This document shows positions 1 through 9,789 of a stretch of 38,428 nt of DNA, piece after piece. This DNA comes from Syntrophorhabdaceae bacterium. Its GTDB lineage: Bacteria; Desulfobacterota; Syntrophorhabdia; Syntrophorhabdales; Syntrophorhabdaceae. Below the pieces are notes generated by a model, which was given only the letters and a program-made list of their open reading frames with translations, searched no databases and was not told the origin of the DNA. Location of the stretch: the NCBI GenBank assembly GCA_026416315.1, contig JAOAFK010000098.1:1-38428 (forward strand). The letters are read 5' to 3'. Position 1 is the first letter of the stretch. Every line of letters starts with the position of its first letter. Made by a program: the position numbers and the translations under genes.

Positions 1-1
1 A

Positions 2-349
2 ACCCTTTTTCTTCCTGAGGGAAAAATTACAAGAAATAAATGGTGGACAGCCTTTGCATATAGAATAAGAGGGAGTATTGATATAGATGAAGGAGCAGTC
101 CAGGCTATATTAAATAGAGGTAAAAGCCTTCTTCCATCAGGTATAGTGAATGTCACAGGAGATTTCTCAAGAGGTGATTGCGTAAACTTAAGAAGTGTAA
201 CAGGAAAGGTTATTGCAAGGGGTATTACAAACTACTCTTCTTCTGACATAGGAAAAATTAAAGGAATAAAAACTATTGATATAGAGAGAAAACTCGGCTA
301 TAAATACACGGATGAAATAATACACAGGGATAATATGGTGATATTATGA
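2..349 (+). CDS. proB: glutamate 5-kinase, C-terminal fragment (PUA domain); the 5' end lies outside the window
   Basis: Frame 2 is open from nt 2 to the TGA at 347-349; track ORF 146..349 is only the part after an internal Met. The translation ...[34 protein letters not shown]...[15 protein letters not shown] looks like a ProB PUA-domain tail. There is an ATGA overlap with proA. Confidence 0.85.
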   Translation, partial: TLFLPEGKITRNKWWTAFAYRIRGSIDIDEGAVQAILNRGKSLLPSGIVNVTGDFSRGDCVNLRSVTGKVIARGITNYSSSDIGKIKGIKTIDIERKLGYKYTDEIIHRDNMVIL

Positions 350-1590
350 AACCACAAGAATTAGCAAAGGAGACAAAAGTAGCATCATCCGTTTATGCCC
401 ATTTGAGCACAGAAAAAAAGAATAGCGTTTTATTGAGACTTGAAGCCCTTCTTTCTGAAAAGAGAGACCTTATCATTGAAGAAAATAAAAAGGACATAGA
501 GCTTGCAAAGGCAAATGGATTGCAAAGTAGTATTATTGAAAGGTTAAGAGTAGATGATAAGGTGATAAAAGAGATGCAGGCGAGTATAAGGGATGTGGTG
601 AACCTGCCAGATCCTGTTGGAGAGATAACAAGGACATGGAGAAGGCCTAATGGATTGCTTGTGGGAAGAATGAGAATTCCCATTGGTGTTATTTTCGTTA
701 TATACGAATCAAGGCCAAATGTAACTATTGAGGCATTTTCTTTATGCCTTAAAAGTGGAAATGCAGTGATATTGAAAGGAGGCTCTGAAGCAATACATTC
801 AAATATTGCCTTGTACAATATTATAAAAGAAGCACTTGAAAAAGAACAGATCACAGAAAAGGGTGTAAGATTGATAGAAACAGGGGACAGGGAGTATATT
901 TATGCCCTTCTTGAGCAAGATGAGTATATTGACCTTGTTATACCAAGAGGTGGAGAATCTTTAATTAGAAATGTGGTTCAGCATGCACGCATTCCTGTAC
1001 TTAAACACTACAAAGGTGTCTGTCATATATTTGTGGATGAATCTGCAGATTTTGATATGGCTTATAAGGTGTGTATAAATGCCAAAGTTCAAAAACCTGC
1101 TACATGCAATGCCATGGAAACCCTTCTTGTTCATAAAAATATTGCAGAAGCATTTTTACCTGAAATGGTAAGGCTTTTTAAGGAACATAAGGTTATTGTG
1201 AAAGGGTGTGAAAACACTATAAAAATTGTAGGGGGCATAGAAAAGGCGCAGGAGCATGACTGGTATGAAGAATACCTTGACTATATTATCTCTATAAAGA
1301 TTGTTGAAGACATTGATGCTGCCATAAGCCATATAAGACAATACGGTTCTGAACATACTGATGCAATTATTACAAGGGATTATAATAATGCATGGAGGTT
1401 TGTAAAAGAGGTAAACTCATCCCTTGTTCTTGTTAATGCCTCCACAAGGTTAAATGACGGGTTTCAATTAGGACTTGGTGCTGAAATGGGGATAAGTACA
1501 ACGAAACTTCATGCATTTGGTCCCATGGGGCTTGAAGAACTTACTGTAACAAAATTTATAGCATTTGGTGATGGACAGTTGAGGCAGTAA
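346..1590 (+). CDS. proA: gamma-glutamyl phosphate reductase
   Basis: The 414-aa protein has aldehyde-dehydrogenase-like ProA motifs ([40 protein letters not shown]). It sits in proB-proA synteny with a 4-nt overlap. Confidence 0.95.
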   Translation: MKPQELAKETKVASSVYAHLSTEKKNSVLLRLEALLSEKRDLIIEENKKDIELAKANGLQSSIIERLRVDDKVIKEMQASIRDVVNLPDPVGEITRTWRRPNGLLVGRMRIPIGVIFVIYESRPNVTIEAFSLCLKSGNAVILKGGSEAIHSNIALYNIIKEALEKEQITEKGVRLIETGDREYIYALLEQDEYIDLVIPRGGESLIRNVVQHARIPVLKHYKGVCHIFVDESADFDMAYKVCINAKVQKPATCNAMETLLVHKNIAEAFLPEMVRLFKEHKVIVKGCENTIKIVGGIEKAQEHDWYEEYLDYIISIKIVEDIDAAISHIRQYGSEHTDAIITRDYNNAWRFVKEVNSSLVLVNASTRLNDGFQLGLGAEMGISTTKLHAFGPMGLEELTVTKFIAFGDGQLRQ

Positions 1591-2225
1591 TGAAGATAGG
1601 TTTATTTGGCGGCACATTTGACCCGATTCATCTGGGGCATTTAAGGGCGACAGAGGAAATCAGAGAAATGTTTTCTCTTGATACTGTGTATTTCATACCT
1701 GTGTATATACCTCCTCATAAGAGAGATAAAAAGATTGCCAACTATGAAGATAGAATAAACATGATAAGGCTTTCCATAAGAGGAAACAGATTCATGAAGC
1801 TATCTGATATTGAGATAAAAAGGGGCGGCATTTCCTATTCCTATGACACGATTTGTTATTTTGAAAATAAATTTAAAGATATATATTTCATTATTGGCAT
1901 TGATGCTTTTTCTGAGATAAATACCTGGCATAGATATGAAGAACTTTTTTATCATACGAATTTTATAGTCATGGTGAGACCCAGTGCCTTAAAGCACTCT
2001 TACCTTGAAATATTTCCTAAAGAAATAAAAGGCCACTTAGAAGATGAAGGGGACGGTATATTTAAACATAGTTCAGGAAAAAAAATCTTTTTTAAGGATG
2101 TAACACAACTTGATATATCCTCTACAAGGATAAGGCGCCTTATAGAACAAAATAAATCAATAAGATATCTTGTGCCTGATAAGGTTGTTATATATATAGA
2201 AAAAAGGGGGCTATACAGGGGTTAA
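1590..2225 (+). CDS. nadD: nicotinate-nucleotide adenylyltransferase
   Basis: The 211-aa protein has the N-terminal GGTFDPIHLGH nucleotidyltransferase motif and a C-terminal ISSTRIR motif. Its start overlaps the proA stop (TAATG). Confidence 0.9.
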   Translation: MKIGLFGGTFDPIHLGHLRATEEIREMFSLDTVYFIPVYIPPHKRDKKIANYEDRINMIRLSIRGNRFMKLSDIEIKRGGISYSYDTICYFENKFKDIYFIIGIDAFSEINTWHRYEELFYHTNFIVMVRPSALKHSYLEIFPKEIKGHLEDEGDGIFKHSSGKKIFFKDVTQLDISSTRIRRLIEQNKSIRYLVPDKVVIYIEKRGLYRG

Positions 2226-2570
2226 GTGGAAGCTATAGAAAAGGCAAAGTTATGTGGTCGTTATGCAGGAGAGAAAAAGGCAAAGGATATTTTGATTTTA
2301 GAACTAAAAGGACTAACAGATATTGCAGACTATTTTTTACTGGCAAGCGGGACCAGTGAAAGGCATGTAAGAACTATAGCAGAATATATTGAAGAATCCA
2401 TGAAGGAGGCAGGCATAAAACATTTATACACTGAAGGTTATAAAGAAGGCAGGTGGGTGATAATTGATTACAATGATTTTGTGGCCCATATATTTCTTGA
2501 AGAATTAAGAGAGCTTTATGACCTCGAAAGCCTGTGGATAGAGGCGAAACAGATAAAGATTGAGCAGTAA
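2226..2570 (+). CDS. rsfS: ribosome silencing factor RsfS (iojap family)
   Basis: The 114-aa protein has a GTG start immediately after the nadD stop. Motifs are DYFLLASGTSERHVRTIA...W.IIDYNDFVAHIF...RELYDLESLW. The nadD-rsfS synteny is conserved. Confidence 0.9.
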   Translation: MEAIEKAKLCGRYAGEKKAKDILILELKGLTDIADYFLLASGTSERHVRTIAEYIEESMKEAGIKHLYTEGYKEGRWVIIDYNDFVAHIFLEELRELYDLESLWIEAKQIKIEQ

Positions 2571-2594
2571 AATATATAAAAAGAGGTGTAATTA

Positions 2595-2948
2595 ATGAAT
2601 AAGGAGAAACTCGAATTTTTTAAAAAAAGATTGCTTGAGATGAGAAAAGACATTCTGAAGAAGGCAAAAAAGCTCAAAGAGGATTCTTATTCCCTTGGAA
2701 CTGACGGTATCCAGGACATGGCTGATGCAGCAAGTAACACCTATAATGTAGATATTCTCATGAGTATTAGCGATAATGATATAAAGATGTTAAAAGAAAT
2801 TGACAGTGCCATTGATAAGATAAATAATGGTACATACGGAATCTGTGAGGAATGTGAGGAAAAAATAAATGAAAAAAGACTTGAAGCAAACCCCACAGCA
2901 AGGTATTGTATAAATTGTAAGAGGTCAATGGAACAAAAAGGTATGTAA
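2595..2948 (+). CDS. DksA/TraR-family C4 zinc-finger protein
   Basis: The 117-aa protein has a coiled-coil N-terminal part and a C-terminal CEECEEKI...ARYCINCK (CxxC-N17-CxxC) motif. A GAGGTG RBS lies 6 nt upstream. Confidence 0.75.
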   Translation: MNKEKLEFFKKRLLEMRKDILKKAKKLKEDSYSLGTDGIQDMADAASNTYNVDILMSISDNDIKMLKEIDSAIDKINNGTYGICEECEEKINEKRLEANPTARYCINCKRSMEQKGM

Positions 2949-2952
2949 TGCC

Positions 2953-4344
2953 ATGAAATATAAAATTTTTGTTATCATATTGTTTGTTTTTATACTGCTC
3001 TATATTTATCTGGATAATTTAAACCCTCAAAATGTAAAGTTGTACGTAGGATATGGTAAATTTTATGAAACAAGTGTATCAAGTTTTATTGTAATTGCTT
3101 TTATATTTGGTATCCTTGTTTCTGCAATAGCAGGTTTGATGGTAGATCTAAAAAATCTAATTGGAAACTGGAGAAAAGGAAGACATGAAAAAAAGTTACA
3201 GGAATTCAAAGAGTTATTTGATAAGGCAAGATCATATGCATTAAGGGGTGATAAAGAAAAGGCAGTGGATAGTTTAAACAAAATTATAAGAAAATATCCT
3301 GAAATGGAAAGCCCTTATATCTATCTTGCAAATCTTTATATATCAACAAAAGAATTTGAAAATGCCTTAAATATTCTTAATCAGGCCGAAATGAATATTG
3401 GTAAAAAAGAAAAAATACTTTTAAAGAAGGCAGGGGTAAACAAATCGTTGAATAACTTAAAGGATGCTGAAGATAATTTACTGGAAATTATTAAAATAAA
3501 TGAAGCAAATATTTCAGCCCTAACTCTTCTCAGAGATATCTACATAGAAAAGAGAGAGTGGGAGAATGCATATGATGTTCAAAAAAGGATTAAAAAATTT
3601 GTAAAGGATGAACAGGAGCAAAGAAGATTTATAGGACTTAAATATGAATTGATTTTTGATTCTTATAACAAAAGAAATGAAGTAAGTGAAGAAAAAGTGA
3701 TCAAAGAATTAAAAGAGATAATTGCTGAAGACAAGAGGTTTGTTCCTGCATATCTGTTTCTCGCTGATATATATAAAAAAATTGGTAAATTAAATGAAGC
3801 TGGAAGAGTATACGGAAGGGGATATACAAAAACAGGACATATCATCTTTCTTTTAAAGATGGAAGACCTCTACATTGAAAGAGGTGATCCTGGTGTAATT
3901 TTAAAGATATATAGAAGAATCATGGATATATCACCAAAAAATCGTTTGATCATATTTCTGTATGCAAGGTTATGCTTGAGACTTGAGATGATTGATGAGA
4001 CAATAGACATGCTGAATAGTTTGATTGCAGATGGGGTTGATTTCCAGGGTTTACATAGAGCCATGGCCGAGGCATATATACACAGAGGAGAAATGAAGAA
4101 GGCTGTTGATGAGTTCAGACGTGCCTTTCCTATAGAAAAAGTGTACATACCCTTTGCATGTGATATATGCAATTCAAAAAAAGAAGAATGGGAGGATTTT
4201 TGTGCAAATTGTTTTAGCTGGAACACCATAAATGTAAGAACAGATGAATTCTTAAAGAGCAATATCAAAGATACGACAGATATAAAGGCAATTTATGAGA
4301 TGAGTGAATGGGATAGAGAAGAACAAGAAGAAGAAAACAGGTGA
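2953..4344 (+). CDS. lapB: LapB/YciM-like TPR protein with an N-terminal membrane anchor and a C-terminal rubredoxin-type zinc finger
   Basis: The 463-aa protein has hydrophobic helices in the first ~65 aa and TPR-like repeats (e.g. YIYLANLYISTKEFENAL, AYLFLADIYKKIGKLNEA). The terminal CDICNSKKEEWEDFCANCFSW has CxxC-N11-CxxC. Confidence 0.55.
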   Translation: MKYKIFVIILFVFILLYIYLDNLNPQNVKLYVGYGKFYETSVSSFIVIAFIFGILVSAIAGLMVDLKNLIGNWRKGRHEKKLQEFKELFDKARSYALRGDKEKAVDSLNKIIRKYPEMESPYIYLANLYISTKEFENALNILNQAEMNIGKKEKILLKKAGVNKSLNNLKDAEDNLLEIIKINEANISALTLLRDIYIEKREWENAYDVQKRIKKFVKDEQEQRRFIGLKYELIFDSYNKRNEVSEEKVIKELKEIIAEDKRFVPAYLFLADIYKKIGKLNEAGRVYGRGYTKTGHIIFLLKMEDLYIERGDPGVILKIYRRIMDISPKNRLIIFLYARLCLRLEMIDETIDMLNSLIADGVDFQGLHRAMAEAYIHRGEMKKAVDEFRRAFPIEKVYIPFACDICNSKKEEWEDFCANCFSWNTINVRTDEFLKSNIKDTTDIKAIYEMSEWDREEQEEENR

Positions 4345-5054
4345 GACCTGTTCTGTTATTAGTAGATAATCTTATAAAAAGTATCCTCCAAACTGTATAT
4401 CATCATACATGTGCCTCATGTGGGGAAAAAGGTGATATAATCTGTAAGGCATGTAGAGATTCGTTTTTATTGATTGACCATAAAATTGTATGTCCTTTAT
4501 GTGGTAGATATGTGGGTCAAAGGCTCATTTGTGGTGAATGCATGTCATCAAAAAGATATTTTTCAGAAGGGTATTTTGGTTTTTTATATGAAAATAAATT
4601 AAGAGAGGCAATTCATACCTTTAAATTTAAAGGGAGAGCAGAGGTAGGAAGATATCTTATTTCCCTCATTAAACATATTCTATTGCTTTTTGGAGACAGG
4701 GTAGACCTCATTGTTCCCATACCTATAACAGACAAAAGGTTAAAAGAAAGAGGATTTAACCAATCTTATGTGATTTCATGGGAAATATCGAAAATAATAG
4801 GCAAACCTGTAATTGATTCAGCTCTTATTAAGGTCAGAGAGACAAATGATCAGTATTTACTTTCAAAGGAGGAAAGGAAAAGAAATATAAAAGGGGCTTT
4901 TGCATTAAAAAAGGCTGATATTATTAAAGGCAAGACGATACTCCTTGTGGATGATTTATATACAACTGGTTATACTGCTAATGAGGCTTCTTATGTATTA
5001 AGTAAGGGAAAGCCCGATGCAGTAATACTTTTTGCCCTTGCAAGAACACCGTAA
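4341..5054 (+). CDS. comF: ComF-family protein (phosphoribosyltransferase domain)
   Basis: The 237-aa protein has a GTG start overlapping the lapB-like stop. It has N-terminal Cys pairs (CASCG...CKAC, CPLCG...CGEC) and the PRTase motif ILLVDDLYTTGYT. Confidence 0.8.
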   Translation: MRPVLLLVDNLIKSILQTVYHHTCASCGEKGDIICKACRDSFLLIDHKIVCPLCGRYVGQRLICGECMSSKRYFSEGYFGFLYENKLREAIHTFKFKGRAEVGRYLISLIKHILLLFGDRVDLIVPIPITDKRLKERGFNQSYVISWEISKIIGKPVIDSALIKVRETNDQYLLSKEERKRNIKGAFALKKADIIKGKTILLVDDLYTTGYTANEASYVLSKGKPDAVILFALARTP

Positions 5055-8000
5055 TGAAAAAGATTTTATATATAATTTCAAGTATTTTGTTATTTTTTTT
5101 AATTTCTGCCGGGATATTCTATTTTTACCTTCCCAAAACTTTATCGATTATCATCGGCAGGGCAATTAAAGGAAATGCCCATATTGAACGAGTTGAGTTT
5201 AGTTATAAGGAGAGAGGGCTTAACTTCCATCTTACGGGTATAAAATTAGAAGGGGATTTGGATGGATCTGTTAAATCAGTTTATCTTTCCTTCAAACTCA
5301 ATAAAGAATTTTGTTTTAATAACATTATAATCTCTGATTTTGATATTGCCTTAAAAGATAAAAAGAAAGAAGGAAAACCAAAATTTATTTCAATTCCTTC
5401 AGAGCTTGTGGTTTTGAAAAAAGGGATAGTAAGATGTGGTAAGAACAATTTTATTATCCATGAAATAACTATTCATCACTTCAAATATAAAAGGCTATTC
5501 TACTTTTCATTGTATGTGGAGAATGATCGTTTTTTTAATAGTGTTGAGGCAAAAGGTACTGGAAGATACACGAGGAATGAATTTGAGTTAAAAGGAGATT
5601 TAGAGACAACAGGTCTCAAAGGTGAAAATATATCTGATGGCTTGAAAGGTATTATCAATTTAAAATGCAACTTTAATTATAAAAAAGGGTTGTTGAGCTT
5701 AAAAGGCCCTTTTGACATTTTTGATTTTACATTGAAGGCAGGCTTTTTTTCAAAACCCCTTTCGATAAAAAATGTTAATGGCAATATTTTGTTGAACTAT
5801 TCAAAAAAAACCTTTGATATACATATTACAGGGGTTGAATTTAAAAATATACCTTTTAATATTGCCATGAAGGTAGATTCAAAAGGCCTATATAGTCTGA
5901 CGCTTGATTCAGGGTATCTCGATATAAATGATGTAAAAGAATATATATCATTCGATTATTTTTCAAAGGATACAGATAAATATATATCGTTTATAAATAC
6001 GGGCAAGATGATGTTAAAAAAATTGATTTATAATAGAGATAAGGGTTTTTTATGTGAGATAGACCTAAAAAATACAGAATTTACATATGATGATATAGAT
6101 CTAAAAAATATAAATGCTGGATTTGTTTTAAATAATAATAAGATCAGTTTAAAAAATCTTTACGGTCAATACAAAAATAGTATAATAAAAAATGTTTCAG
6201 GTGAAATCAGTCATTCAGAAAAATTCAATATCTCTATAAAGGGCAGTTATTCGTTAAATCTAACGGATTTATCCTCAAAGTTTGAAATAGAGGATATCAA
6301 ATTCAAAAACGGTTTTTCTGAAGGTATATTCGAGCTTCATTACAGAAACAGTAAAGATTACAGTTTTTATGGTAAAGGAACATTGAAGGAAAGCGAGGTG
6401 TTATATAAAGATATTTCTTTCACGGCACATGGCGAGTATAGATTTACTAAAGATGAAATTGAATTCGATCCTTTGATACTGAAAAAGTATAATATGAATA
6501 TCAATATAAAGGGTAAATATCAGAAAGATTTTTTTGATATAAGACTATCAGGCATGATGGATGTGGCCCATATAAAGCCTTTTGTAAAATTTCCTTTTGA
6601 TATCAAAGGGTTAATAAATATTGATGGAGATATTAAAAAGAAAGATGGTAGGTGGGAATTTTTAGGACTTTTAAATCTGGATCATATAAGTTATAAAATC
6701 GAACATTATCTAAAGAAGGACTATGGCATAAAAAATAGTCTGGGTATTCATGCCATCAGGCAAAACAATGAAATGGATATTAGATATTTGAATTTTAAAT
6801 TAGAGGATTTGACTTTAAATGCCTCAGGAAGACTTACAAATAATATGGCAACAGAGGTAAAGTTGAAGCTTTTAATACCAGAAATAAAAGATAAAGTTAA
6901 TATATTCTTTTTTAACGGAGAGGACCCCAAAGGCCGAATATTAGTAGATCTTGATATAAAAGAATTGTCCTTTCCTTTAAAAAAGATTCCGTATATAACA
7001 GGTATTTTAGAAATAAAAAATGGTCATTTTAGAATACCGGATGTGCCTTCACCTGTGAGAGAAATTAATATGAAGGCATACTTTAAAGGAGATACTCTGG
7101 ACATAACAGGTAACAATATAAAGTGTGGTAACAGTCTCATTAATTCTCTTAAGTTTTATTCAAAGGGCATTGATGCGCCTCAATTTAAATTGACGGTAGA
7201 TATAGAGCAATTTGATTACAAGGATTTAGAAACCCCTAAAAAAATAATGATATACCCTATTAGACCAGACTCTGTCCTTGCCGATGCAAAAGGAGATATT
7301 ATTATTAATGCAAAAAATGTGAAATATGAAAATAAAACAGGCGAAGGTGTATCCTTAAAAATTACCTATGACGATAGAAAATTTATTATTTCAGAGTTAA
7401 AGGCAAATGCCCTTGATGGTCACATTGATGTTCACGGCACCATTGATTTATCAAAAGTTGTACCTCAGTTAAAATTTACTGGAACCATGAAGGACATATC
7501 AAGTGGAGAGTTTTTAAAGCTGTTCGGTGCAAGGTCACATATTATAGAATCAAAGGAGCTTATCTTTTTAGATATAAATTCAAAAGGCCATTCTATAGAT
7601 GATTTTATAAGGACACTCTCTGGCAAGGCAACAATATATAGTGAAGATGGGGTTATTAAAAGGATGAATTTACTTTCAAAGATATTCGGGCTTTTAAATG
7701 TATATGAACTTATAAAAGGTGATGTGGATTTACGGACAGAAGGGCTCAGGTATAAAAAAACAGGTGCCAGCTTTTCCATAGATAAAGGAATTTTTTCAAC
7801 AAATGATTATATAATAGATAGTGCTTCTATGGTTATAACAGGTCAAGGTAGTCTAAGCCTTGTAGATGAGACAATAGATGGGAGGATCACCGTTTCTCCC
7901 CTTATAACCATCGATAAAATAGTAAGTAACATACCTGTATTAAGAAACATGTTAAAAGATAAAAAGAGGGGTTTTATTTATGCAGTATATGATGTAAAAG

Positions 8001-8128
8001 GACCTATTGAAGACCCGGACATAAAATTGGGATATATCCAGACGATAGGTAGTTTGCCCTTAAATATCCTAAGGGGTATGCTTGAATTTACTAAAAATCT
8101 GTTTAATAAAATTAAAATAAATAATTGA
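5054..8128 (+). CDS. AsmA/YhdP-like large envelope protein (N-terminal anchor, long beta-rich body)
   Basis: The 1024-aa protein has a single N-terminal TM helix (ILYIISSILLFFLISAGIFYFYL). The rest is repetitive and K/N/I/F-rich, and the C-terminal segment ...GFIYAVYDVKGPIEDPDIKLG resembles the AsmA-like C-terminal region. The call rests on architecture only. Confidence 0.5.
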   Translation: MKKILYIISSILLFFLISAGIFYFYLPKTLSIIIGRAIKGNAHIERVEFSYKERGLNFHLTGIKLEGDLDGSVKSVYLSFKLNKEFCFNNIIISDFDIALKDKKKEGKPKFISIPSELVVLKKGIVRCGKNNFIIHEITIHHFKYKRLFYFSLYVENDRFFNSVEAKGTGRYTRNEFELKGDLETTGLKGENISDGLKGIINLKCNFNYKKGLLSLKGPFDIFDFTLKAGFFSKPLSIKNVNGNILLNYSKKTFDIHITGVEFKNIPFNIAMKVDSKGLYSLTLDSGYLDINDVKEYISFDYFSKDTDKYISFINTGKMMLKKLIYNRDKGFLCEIDLKNTEFTYDDIDLKNINAGFVLNNNKISLKNLYGQYKNSIIKNVSGEISHSEKFNISIKGSYSLNLTDLSSKFEIEDIKFKNGFSEGIFELHYRNSKDYSFYGKGTLKESEVLYKDISFTAHGEYRFTKDEIEFDPLILKKYNMNINIKGKYQKDFFDIRLSGMMDVAHIKPFVKFPFDIKGLINIDGDIKKKDGRWEFLGLLNLDHISYKIEHYLKKDYGIKNSLGIHAIRQNNEMDIRYLNFKLEDLTLNASGRLTNNMATEVKLKLLIPEIKDKVNIFFFNGEDPKGRILVDLDIKELSFPLKKIPYITGILEIKNGHFRIPDVPSPVREINMKAYFKGDTLDITGNNIKCGNSLINSLKFYSKGIDAPQFKLTVDIEQFDYKDLETPKKIMIYPIRPDSVLADAKGDIIINAKNVKYENKTGEGVSLKITYDDRKFIISELKANALDGHIDVHGTIDLSKVVPQLKFTGTMKDISSGEFLKLFGARSHIIESKELIFLDINSKGHSIDDFIRTLSGKATIYSEDGVIKRMNLLSKIFGLLNVYELIKGDVDLRTEGLRYKKTGASFSIDKGIFSTNDYIIDSASMVITGQGSLSLVDETIDGRITVSPLITIDKIVSNIPVLRNMLKDKKRGFIYAVYDVKGPIEDPDIKLGYIQTIGSLPLNILRGMLEFTKNLFNKIKINN

Positions 8129-8140
8129 ATAAGGGTTAAA

Positions 8141-9019
8141 ATGGAAAAGAAGCTGAAGATAGGTATAATCGGTGCAGGTAAGGTAGGGATATCCATGGGC
8201 TTTGTTATGATTAAAAACGGGCTTGATGTGATTGCCATATCTGATAAGGATGATATCGCTTTAAAAAATGCGCATTTTTATCTTGGTGAAAAAAAAGAGA
8301 TCCTATTTACAAAAAAAAATATTGATGTTGTAAAAAATACTGATGTAATTTTTCTTGCAGTGCAGGATAGGATTATAAAAGATGTTGTTCGTGAATTATA
8401 TGATGAGTCAGAAGTTCTTGTAAATAAGATAATTGCCCATACATGCGGTTCAAGTCCTTCGAATATATTAAAACCCCTTGATGAAAAAGGTGCAATGCTT
8501 GGTGTTTTTCATCCACTTCAGACATTCCCTGATATTGATAGTGCCATAGAGGTCATACCTGAGACATATTTTTTTATTGAGGCTGAAGGAAAAGTCGGTG
8601 ATATTTTAAAATTTATTGCGGAAAATATAGGAAAATATGCGGTCATGATAAAGGCTGAACATATGGTATTGTATCATCTTTCAGCTGTTTTTGTGTGCAA
8701 TCTTTTATGTGCTTTATTATATTCAGCTGAAAATATTATGAAAAAAATTGATATAGATTTAATACCTTTCTTTCCCATTATTAAGGCTACACTAAAAAAC
8801 ATTGAAGAAAAAGGACCCCTATTTTCCCTTACAGGTCCTGTTATAAGAGGGGATATTGAAACTGTAATATCACATCTAAAAGCCATTGAGAACGAAGAGA
8901 CTTTAAAGTCTATTTACAAAGTTCTTTCTCTGGTGGCCACCCAAATGGCAAAAGAAAGGGGAAGTCTTAATAAAGACATGTATGAAAAATTAGAAAAAAT
9001 ACTTACAGGAAAGGACTAA
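8141..9019 (+). CDS. Rossmann-fold NAD(P)-binding protein, DUF2520-like
   Basis: The 292-aa protein has an N-terminal KIGIIGAGKVG dinucleotide-binding motif and a C-terminal LTGPVIRGD motif, which I recall as typical of the DUF2520 domain. Confidence 0.5.
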   Translation: MEKKLKIGIIGAGKVGISMGFVMIKNGLDVIAISDKDDIALKNAHFYLGEKKEILFTKKNIDVVKNTDVIFLAVQDRIIKDVVRELYDESEVLVNKIIAHTCGSSPSNILKPLDEKGAMLGVFHPLQTFPDIDSAIEVIPETYFFIEAEGKVGDILKFIAENIGKYAVMIKAEHMVLYHLSAVFVCNLLCALLYSAENIMKKIDIDLIPFFPIIKATLKNIEEKGPLFSLTGPVIRGDIETVISHLKAIENEETLKSIYKVLSLVATQMAKERGSLNKDMYEKLEKILTGKD

Positions 9020-9022
9020 ATC

Positions 9023-9748
9023 ATGTTGGAAAAGGCTATTGAAAGATTAAAAAAAACAGAGTCATTACTCGTTATAACAGGTGCTGGTATTTCAGCTGAA
9101 AGTGGAATCCCCACATTTAGAGGTGCTGATGGTCTGTGGCAGAATTATAAGGCAGAAGAGCTTGCTACCCCATGGGCCTTTGAGAAAGACCCCGTTACTG
9201 TGTGGAAATGGTATGACTGGCGAAGGGGTATTATCTCAAAGGCAGAGCCGAATAAAGGTCATATTGCCATAAAACGCCTTGAGGAAAAATTCAATAACTT
9301 TTTTCTCATAACACAGAATGTAGACGGTCTACATGCAAGAACAGGAATAAAGCACATGGTGGAGATACATGGAAACCTATGGAGGGTGAGATGTACTAAA
9401 GATGGTAAGACTTTTATGCTATGGGACTATCCTTTGAAGGAGATACCACCAAGATGTGAGTGTGGAGGCATTTTAAGACCTGATGTGGTGTGGTTTGGAG
9501 AATCTATTCCATATGCATATCTTGAAAAATCTTATTCAGCTATAAATAGCTGTGATACCCTCATTGTGGTAGGGACATCAGGTGTTGTTTATCCTGTTGC
9601 ATCTTTTCCCCAGATGGTAAAAGAAAACGGGGGATTTGTCATAGAGGTAAATATAGAGGCTACACCAATAAGTCAAATAGCGGATATTTCTCTGTTTGGT
9701 CTTTCAGGTGAAATTTTGCCTTCCCTTTTGACAGGCCTTGAGAGTTAA
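9023..9748 (+). CDS. cobB: NAD-dependent protein deacylase (Sir2 family)
   Basis: The 241-aa protein has GAGISAESGIPTFRG and QNVDGLH motifs, a Zn ribbon (C..C...C.C: RCTKDG...CECGG) and VVGTSG. Confidence 0.9.
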   Translation: MLEKAIERLKKTESLLVITGAGISAESGIPTFRGADGLWQNYKAEELATPWAFEKDPVTVWKWYDWRRGIISKAEPNKGHIAIKRLEEKFNNFFLITQNVDGLHARTGIKHMVEIHGNLWRVRCTKDGKTFMLWDYPLKEIPPRCECGGILRPDVVWFGESIPYAYLEKSYSAINSCDTLIVVGTSGVVYPVASFPQMVKENGGFVIEVNIEATPISQIADISLFGLSGEILPSLLTGLES

Positions 9749-9753
9749 TTCTC

Positions 9754-9783
9754 TTGATTATTTGTTATAAAAATCTATAGAAT
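9754..9783 (+). promoter_or_regulatory. candidate sigma70-type promoter of xerC (-35 TTGATT, 18-nt spacer, -10 TAGAAT)
   Basis: TTGATT lies at 9754-9759 and TAGAAT at 9778-9783, in the only gap above 40 nt in the + strand gene run. The -10 ends 6 nt before the ATG at 9790, and no SD is visible. Confidence 0.35.
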
Positions 9784-9789
9784 AATAAC

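Noticed and set aside
4341-5054. ComF as evidence of a natural-competence system.
   Set aside because: No other com or pil genes are in the window. ComF-family PRTase proteins are widespread in non-competent bacteria. Only the family call is supported.
9081-9272. A 63-aa same-strand ORF in an alternative frame inside cobB.
   Set aside because: It is fully embedded in the Sir2 gene, has no SD, and its Arg/Leu-rich translation looks like nonsense. I see no signal for programmed frameshifting.
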